A stretch of DNA of 20,816 nucleotides from an uncultured archaeon. GTDB taxonomy: Archaea; Aenigmatarchaeota; Aenigmatarchaeia; CG10238-14. The position numbers and the translations under genes were made by a program. Of the stretch, positions 16,206 through 20,816 are shown in pieces; positions within the stretch are counted from its first letter, which is position 1; every line of letters begins with the position of its first letter. Under the pieces are notes generated by a model, which worked only from the letters and a program-made list of their open reading frames with translations, was not told the origin of the DNA and ran no database searches. The stretch covers positions 29,848 to 50,663 of the forward strand of contig CAYMPD010000005.1 of the NCBI GenBank assembly GCA_964392445.1, written 5' to 3'.

Positions 16206-17528
16206 TTGAAAAGAAAAAAAATAATCATAATGGGAGCAGCAGGTAGGGATTTCCATAACTTTAACGTCCATTTTCGAGATAATTCCAATTATGATGTAGT
16301 AGCATTCACGGCTACTCAAATACCAGATATAACTGGAAGAAAGTATCCCAAAGAATTATCAGGTAAACTTTATCCAAAGGGTATTCCGATTTATCCAGAA
16401 GAAAAATTACCTCAGTTAATTAAAAAATACAATATCGACAAAGTGGTTTTTTCCTACAGTGATGTTTCCCATGAATATGTTATGAACCGAGCTTCTTTGG
16501 TAAATGCTTGTGGTGCGGACCTTGAACTCCTAGGAATTAAAAGTACTATGCTAAAGTCAAATAAACCTGTAATTACGGTCTGTGCAGTTAGAACGGGATG
16601 TGGAAAAAGTCAAACCTCAAGAAAAATAGTTGATATTCTAACTGATAAAGGTAAAAAAGTAGTTGCTATTAGACATCCTATGCCTTATGGTGATTTAGCT
16701 AAACAGGCCGTTCAGAGATTTGAAAAGTATGAGGATTTAGAAAAACATAATTGTACGATAGAAGAAATGGAGGAATATGAGCCTTACATTGAAAGAGGAT
16801 TGGTTGTTTATTCTGGAGTTGATTATGAGAAGATATTGAGAAAGGCGGAAAAGGAAGCTGAGATAATCGTTTGGGATGGTGGTAATAATGACACACCGTT
16901 TTTTGTTCCAGATTTACATATAGTTGTTACTGATCCTCATCGGGCAGGACACGAGAGGCAATATTATCCTGGTGAAACTAATTTTCGGATGGCAGATGTG
17001 ATTGTTGTAAATAAAATGGATAGTGCGGACCCTAAAAATGTGAAGGTAATTCTAGATAATGTGAAAGAGATGAATCCTGATGCCAAAGTAATCAAAGCCA
17101 ATTCCAAGATAACAGTAGATAAACCTGAAGTGGTTAAAGGGGAAAAAGTTTTGGTTATTGAAGATGGTCCTACGTTGACCCATGGTGGAATGAGTTTTGG
17201 TGCCGGGGTTATAGCTGCACAGAGATTAGGATGTGAATTGGTAAATCCTAGACATTCAGCGGTGGGATCAATAAAGAAGACACTTAAAAATTATCCTGAC
17301 CTTGAAAATTTGGTTCCGGCAATGGGTTATAGCAAAAAACAAATCACTGAACTCGAAAAAACAATTAACAAAGCAAAGTGTGACGCGGTTGTTGTTGGGA
17401 CACCAATAAACTTGGGAAGATTATTAAGCATCAAAAAACCAATGGTTAGAGTAAATTATGAACTTGATGAGATAGACAAACCTAATCTTGAAACTGTTTT
17501 AGATAAAGTTTTAAAAAAAATGAGGTGA
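16206..17528 (+). CDS. arcE: COG2403 P-loop protein, arginine synthetase (ArcE)-type; often annotated as cyclic 2,3-diphosphoglycerate synthetase-like or GTPase
   Basis: GAAGRDFHNFN, AFTATQIP, YSDVSH, AVRTGCGKSQTSR, IRHPMPYG, TIEEMEEYEP, WDGGNND, EDGPTLTHGGM, PAMGY. Family recognised from memory of the Thermococcus protein; function is by inference. Confidence 0.75.
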   Translation: MKRKKIIIMGAAGRDFHNFNVHFRDNSNYDVVAFTATQIPDITGRKYPKELSGKLYPKGIPIYPEEKLPQLIKKYNIDKVVFSYSDVSHEYVMNRASLVNACGADLELLGIKSTMLKSNKPVITVCAVRTGCGKSQTSRKIVDILTDKGKKVVAIRHPMPYGDLAKQAVQRFEKYEDLEKHNCTIEEMEEYEPYIERGLVVYSGVDYEKILRKAEKEAEIIVWDGGNNDTPFFVPDLHIVVTDPHRAGHERQYYPGETNFRMADVIVVNKMDSADPKNVKVILDNVKEMNPDAKVIKANSKITVDKPEVVKGEKVLVIEDGPTLTHGGMSFGAGVIAAQRLGCELVNPRHSAVGSIKKTLKNYPDLENLVPAMGYSKKQITELEKTINKAKCDAVVVGTPINLGRLLSIKKPMVRVNYELDEIDKPNLETVLDKVLKKMR

Positions 17529-17532
17529 TAAT

Positions 17533-17625
17533 ATGGGAAGGCATCCGAGAAGCCATAAAAGAAAGACTGTTAAAGCAAAGAAGAGGAGTATTAAGAGGGG
17601 AAGAAAGGGTTGGAGAGAAGAGTGA
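17533..17625 (+). CDS. 30-aa highly basic peptide, absent from the ORF track
   Basis: MGRHPRSHKRKTVKAKKRSIKRGRKGWREE*. GAGGTGA SD at 17522-17528 overlaps the upstream stop codon, 4 nt before ATG 17533. Confidence 0.65.
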   Translation: MGRHPRSHKRKTVKAKKRSIKRGRKGWREE

Positions 17626-17686
17626 ATTTTTTAAACGATTTGTTTATTTTAAAGGACTTTAGGTTACATGAGGGATTTTATATCCT

Positions 17687-18166
17687 CTAACTAGCAAAAA
17701 ACCAATGCTTAACATGTCCAAGATTTACAAAATCATCAAAAATATCAAATATCATATGAACTAAAATGCCAGAAAGGGAATAGAAGATTAATAAGTTTCT
17801 CGATTTCAGCGTCATATACCAAAATAAAGATACTAGAGTAAAAACTACAAAATTATGTAGAATAAGTTTATCAAGATTTTTATGCTCTTTTGATGCTAAG
17901 TAAAACGCTCCTTTGAAATCTTTAGATTTTACCTTAGATCTTATTCTATTGGAAAATTTGTTATTCCTTCTATAAACGAATATAGCAAAAATTCCGTCTA
18001 AGTCGATTAAAAAAGTGGATAAAAAGAAGACAAAAACTAATTTAGGATTAATTTTATTAACAATAAGATAGATTACAAAGCAACCTAGAATACCAACCAA
18101 AATGTGTTGTGTTAAATGTCTAAGTGGTCTATCTTTTGAAAAATATTTTCTATAAATTCTTATCAT
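17687..18166 (-). CDS. Membrane-bound metal-dependent hydrolase-like protein (YdjM/DUF457-like)
   Basis: Four hydrophobic segments with RHLTQH, LIDLD, LHN and VHMIFD motifs. Confidence 0.55.
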   Translation of the reverse strand: MIRIYRKYFSKDRPLRHLTQHILVGILGCFVIYLIVNKINPKLVFVFFLSTFLIDLDGIFAIFVYRRNNKFSNRIRSKVKSKDFKGAFYLASKEHKNLDKLILHNFVVFTLVSLFWYMTLKSRNLLIFYSLSGILVHMIFDIFDDFVNLGHVKHWFFAS

Positions 18167-18851
18167 ACGAATCTATCTTGATAATCTTTTCAATATTATT
18201 AAAATCAAAAATGACGTCTTTTTCTATTGATTCAATCATTTTTTTCAACAATATCTCTATTGCTCTTGTACCGAAAATATAATCACCGGTACCTTCTTTT
18301 ATATGTGATCGAATTATTTTAATAGGGTTAAGAGTTATCCAGTTATGAATATCTAAATGAGAAGTGATATACCAAGTCCCATCGCCATTATCAAACATCC
18401 TTACATGTAACCTACTTTTTCCTGGTGAGAGTTTTCTTTTTAATAGTTTACCAAATTTAGGAAAGATATTAGATAATTTTTTTTCAAAAAAAGAATATAA
18501 TGGAACAGAATAACCACCTAAATTGATGACGGCAGATAAGTCAGAAAAAAATACACTCGAAAGTTTTACATCAGTATTAAACCCCATATCGTCAAATAGG
18601 TCTCTTACTTGCCATATGTTTAATCCAGGATAATTTTTATTTTTGTTTCTAAGGAGGATTACTTTTTTGATATTCTCCCTGCCAGAAAGTTCGTGTCTAA
18701 ACATCCTATACTCAGCATTGGTCTTATTTTTCTTTTCTTTTAATCTTCCTACATTAATTTTTTCAAAGGATAATTCACATTTACCGTAGCTTTTTGTCAC
18801 TGGTAATTTCAAGTCGTCTTTTGATCTCTTAATTGATGTCAATATACTCAT
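18150..18851 (-). CDS. Hypothetical basic protein
   Basis: 233-aa ORF with no confident family; C-terminal RLHVRMF...WYITSHLD...HI..GDY looks like a conserved module. Confidence 0.7.
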   Translation of the reverse strand: MSILTSIKRSKDDLKLPVTKSYGKCELSFEKINVGRLKEKKNKTNAEYRMFRHELSGRENIKKVILLRNKNKNYPGLNIWQVRDLFDDMGFNTDVKLSSVFFSDLSAVINLGGYSVPLYSFFEKKLSNIFPKFGKLLKRKLSPGKSRLHVRMFDNGDGTWYITSHLDIHNWITLNPIKIIRSHIKEGTGDYIFGTRAIEILLKKMIESIEKDVIFDFNNIEKIIKIDSYDKNL

Positions 18852-18910
18852 TTTATCTGATAATTATTATTGTTACTGTAGTTAATAAATCGTTCTTCAA
18901 TGAATAATAT

Positions 18911-18938
18911 GGGGTAACTGTTCATTAGACTTGAAGTC
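18911..18938. repeat. 28-bp intergenic element, copy A, with palindromic core GACTT-G-AAGTC
   Basis: GGGGTAACTGTTCATTAGACTTGAAGTC; 26/28 identical to 19611..19638. Confidence 0.85.
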
Positions 18939-19018
18939 ACAAACATATCTAAAATTCTTCGAATTTGAGATTTTATGGTATTTTTAAGATAAGTAGTAAT
19001 ATTCGAATATAATCGATT

Positions 19019-19483
19019 TTATAATTTTTTTTCACATCTTTTGATTGGATTACTTCCATGTGGATTTGTATCTACACAAATTGCATCATCTTGTGGGTCA
19101 TAGTCAATCATACTTACACATGCAGCACAAACTAAATCATCTGGTTTAGGTGGGCAAGAATAAAGATTTTTGTTAACTGAAATAACCTCAGGGTCTGTGA
19201 TTTTGTAACTTTTACAAGTAGGACATAAGTTACAACCAGCTATTGTTAAAATACAGTCATCGTCACTTTCACATGAATAGATGGATTTATTAAAATATTC
19301 GAATTTTTCTTCAAGTCTGTTATTTTCTTCCTCAAGTATTTTTATTGATTGGCTTAACTGATTGTTATCAGATTCTAAATTTGAAATTTTATTTTCTAAA
19401 TTTTGGATTTCTTCGTTATTCTGTGTACAACCACTAAGAACTAAAGCTAAAATCAGGATTGATGTCATGATTAATTTCATCAT
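19019..19483 (-). CDS. Lipoprotein with coiled coil and Cys-rich C-terminal domain
   Basis: Lipobox LVLSGC|TQ; heptad region EIQNLENKISNLESDNNQLSQSIKILEEENNRLEEK; CESDDDC...CNLCPTC...C...CAAC...C...C. Confidence 0.8.
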   Translation of the reverse strand: MMKLIMTSILILALVLSGCTQNNEEIQNLENKISNLESDNNQLSQSIKILEEENNRLEEKFEYFNKSIYSCESDDDCILTIAGCNLCPTCKSYKITDPEVISVNKNLYSCPPKPDDLVCAACVSMIDYDPQDDAICVDTNPHGSNPIKRCEKKL

Positions 19484-19610
19484 ATACTTTTTTATTGTCC
19501 TGGGAATTTAAATACCAACCATTTTTCAAAATGGTAGTGCAAAATTTGTGGTAATGATTTTAACTTGAGGTACAGTGGGGATAAACAGATTTGGATTTCA
19601 AGTCCAAAGT

Positions 19611-19638
19611 GGGGCAACTGTTCATTAAACTTGAAGTC
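19611..19638. repeat. 28-bp intergenic element, copy B, preceded by a degenerate tandem copy at 19577..19604
   Basis: GGGGCAACTGTTCATTAAACTTGAAGTC. The upstream copy GGGGATAAACAGATTTGGATTTCAAGTC has the same length, a 34-nt offset and 15/28 identity, and forms its own near-palindrome TTGGATTT-C-AAGTCCAA. Confidence 0.8.
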
Positions 19639-19671
19639 TAATATATGTTGAAATTTTGGGGTTTACCGAAC

Positions 19672-20706
19672 TTATTCATAATATTCCATTGCCATAGCTA
19701 TTCTTTTGTATTCTGGAGGATGAGTATACAACAAAAATTCCATAATAGGATGAGGAATAGGGTCTGACTCAAAATAGAAAAATTCAGTGTTCTCCAAATC
19801 TTTCCCATAAAGCTTCAAGATAAATGAAATCCAAGAATCAGGATCTCTATTTAATTCTAAACCAAATCTGTCAGCCTTAGTCTCAAAAGACCTTATAAAA
19901 TTATTTTTTGCAACAAAAAGTAGAGATAATATGATTATGACCGATAAGATTAATATTGGAATCCCATAAATTTCATGTATTTTTGCTTTATAATTCTTAA
20001 GCAATTTTTTGTAGAGTATGTGAATTAAGAAACAACCGATGAAGATAAGCAGTAGATTGAATAATTTTTGTCTTGTATCATCACTCCTACTTACATGACT
20101 GAGTTCGTGAGCAAATGCCGATTTTGTTTCGTATACAGTAAAATTTGCGAGAAAATTGGAATTGAAAACAATAATTTCTTCTCCCAAATTTTCATCTAAA
20201 TAAGCACTAGGGGATTTGTTGGAATTAATAAGGTATATTTCATCTATTTCAAGATTTGATTTTTGTAGCAGAGAATCAAATTCTTTTCTTAATGTAGGAT
20301 CTCTAAGTGGCTCAAAATCCCCATAGCCTAAAATAGATCTAGAAATTGGTCTCCAAACAAAAGTGTATACTGAAACTAGAATTAGCAATATTAAAGCGGT
20401 GACAATCCACCATTTATTCTTAAATTTCCTCATAATGAAGTAAAGAATTTCAATACCGATTATTAGTCCCCCACCATCAAAAATTACAAATTTAGAGTAA
20501 TCAAGAAAAAATTCTAAAAACTCGGGTTTATCCTTAGTTCCCAGAATTAGATGTAAATTATTAGGAAGTAAACCCAGAACATAAAAGAAAACTAGAAAAG
20601 TCAAGATGTATAAGCCAATTATCAACACCTGTGATTTTGTCCAAGATTTGTAGAATTTCTCTAACTTCTTTGATATCCCACTCCTCATAAGAAACCAAAG
20701 AAACAA
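19672..20706 (-). CDS. M48 family (Ste24/HtpX-like) membrane zinc metalloprotease; true start uncertain
   Basis: AFAHELSH, RSFETKADRFG, LYTHPPEYKRI, multiple TM helices, SAY motif. The frame stays open upstream to 20790. Confidence 0.88.
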   Translation of the reverse strand: MFLWFLMRSGISKKLEKFYKSWTKSQVLIIGLYILTFLVFFYVLGLLPNNLHLILGTKDKPEFLEFFLDYSKFVIFDGGGLIIGIEILYFIMRKFKNKWWIVTALILLILVSVYTFVWRPISRSILGYGDFEPLRDPTLRKEFDSLLQKSNLEIDEIYLINSNKSPSAYLDENLGEEIIVFNSNFLANFTVYETKSAFAHELSHVSRSDDTRQKLFNLLLIFIGCFLIHILYKKLLKNYKAKIHEIYGIPILILSVIIILSLLFVAKNNFIRSFETKADRFGLELNRDPDSWISFILKLYGKDLENTEFFYFESDPIPHPIMEFLLYTHPPEYKRIAMAMEYYE

Positions 20707-20816
20707 GATAAAGATAATAGCACTAGAACCATAAAATAATGCACTAGAAAATTTCTTTTGTTTGGACTGTGGGACAAAATTCCTAAATAATCATCCCAAG
20801 AGAAATAAATTGTGCC

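Noticed and set aside
12144-16896. Minus-strand ORFs 12144..12350, 15021..15224, 15799..16161 and 16699..16896
   Set aside because: Antisense to tldE, the ATP-grasp gene and the arcE-like gene; no coding features of their own.
16206-17528. Call as true cyclic 2,3-diphosphoglycerate synthetase
   Set aside because: Lacks the N-terminal DGEHY motif I associate with methanogen cDPGS and has GAAGRDFHNFN instead; no 2-phosphoglycerate kinase gene is adjacent.
17668-17687. GAGGGATTTTATATCCTC as a terminator hairpin between convergent genes
   Set aside because: Only a 4-5 bp stem; too weak to call.
19548-19638. CRISPR mini-array
   Set aside because: The period is only ~32-34 nt including the repeat, copies are highly degenerate, there are no unique spacers of normal length and no cas genes.

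Overview
Gene-dense, AT-rich archaeal window. Evidence for archaeal origin: trmY, GAGGTGA-type Shine-Dalgarno sites, TATA-like boxes about 27 nt before starts, class III signal peptides and a tRNA without encoded CCA. A DPANN-like lineage is inferred, not proven. (i) 1-7217 is a surface-protein locus: the tail of a transglutaminase-like gene, a membrane-anchored protein with two Cys/Asp-rich modules, and six pilin-like genes. Five of the six fall into two paralog families, and one member of each family carries an enzyme-like domain on a Thr-rich stalk (a beta-propeller glycosidase-like domain and a putative metal-binding hydrolase domain). (ii) 7229-10321 holds an AlaX-like editing protein, trmY, a frameshifted nucleotidyltransferase-helical-Nudix fusion, two small ORFs and tRNA-Arg(CCT). 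(iii) 10367-17625 is a peptide-processing neighbourhood: DUF167-tldD-tldE, a 71-aa Gly/Arg-rich peptide, Xaa-Pro aminopeptidase, a circularly permuted ATP-grasp protein, an ArcE/COG2403-type protein and an unannotated 30-aa basic peptide. (iv) 17687-20816 is a run of minus-strand accessory genes, with a duplicated 28-bp palindrome-containing element flanking a lipoprotein gene, ending in an M48 protease. No CRISPR array, integrase or transposase was seen. All family assignments come from motif recognition by eye; no searches were run.
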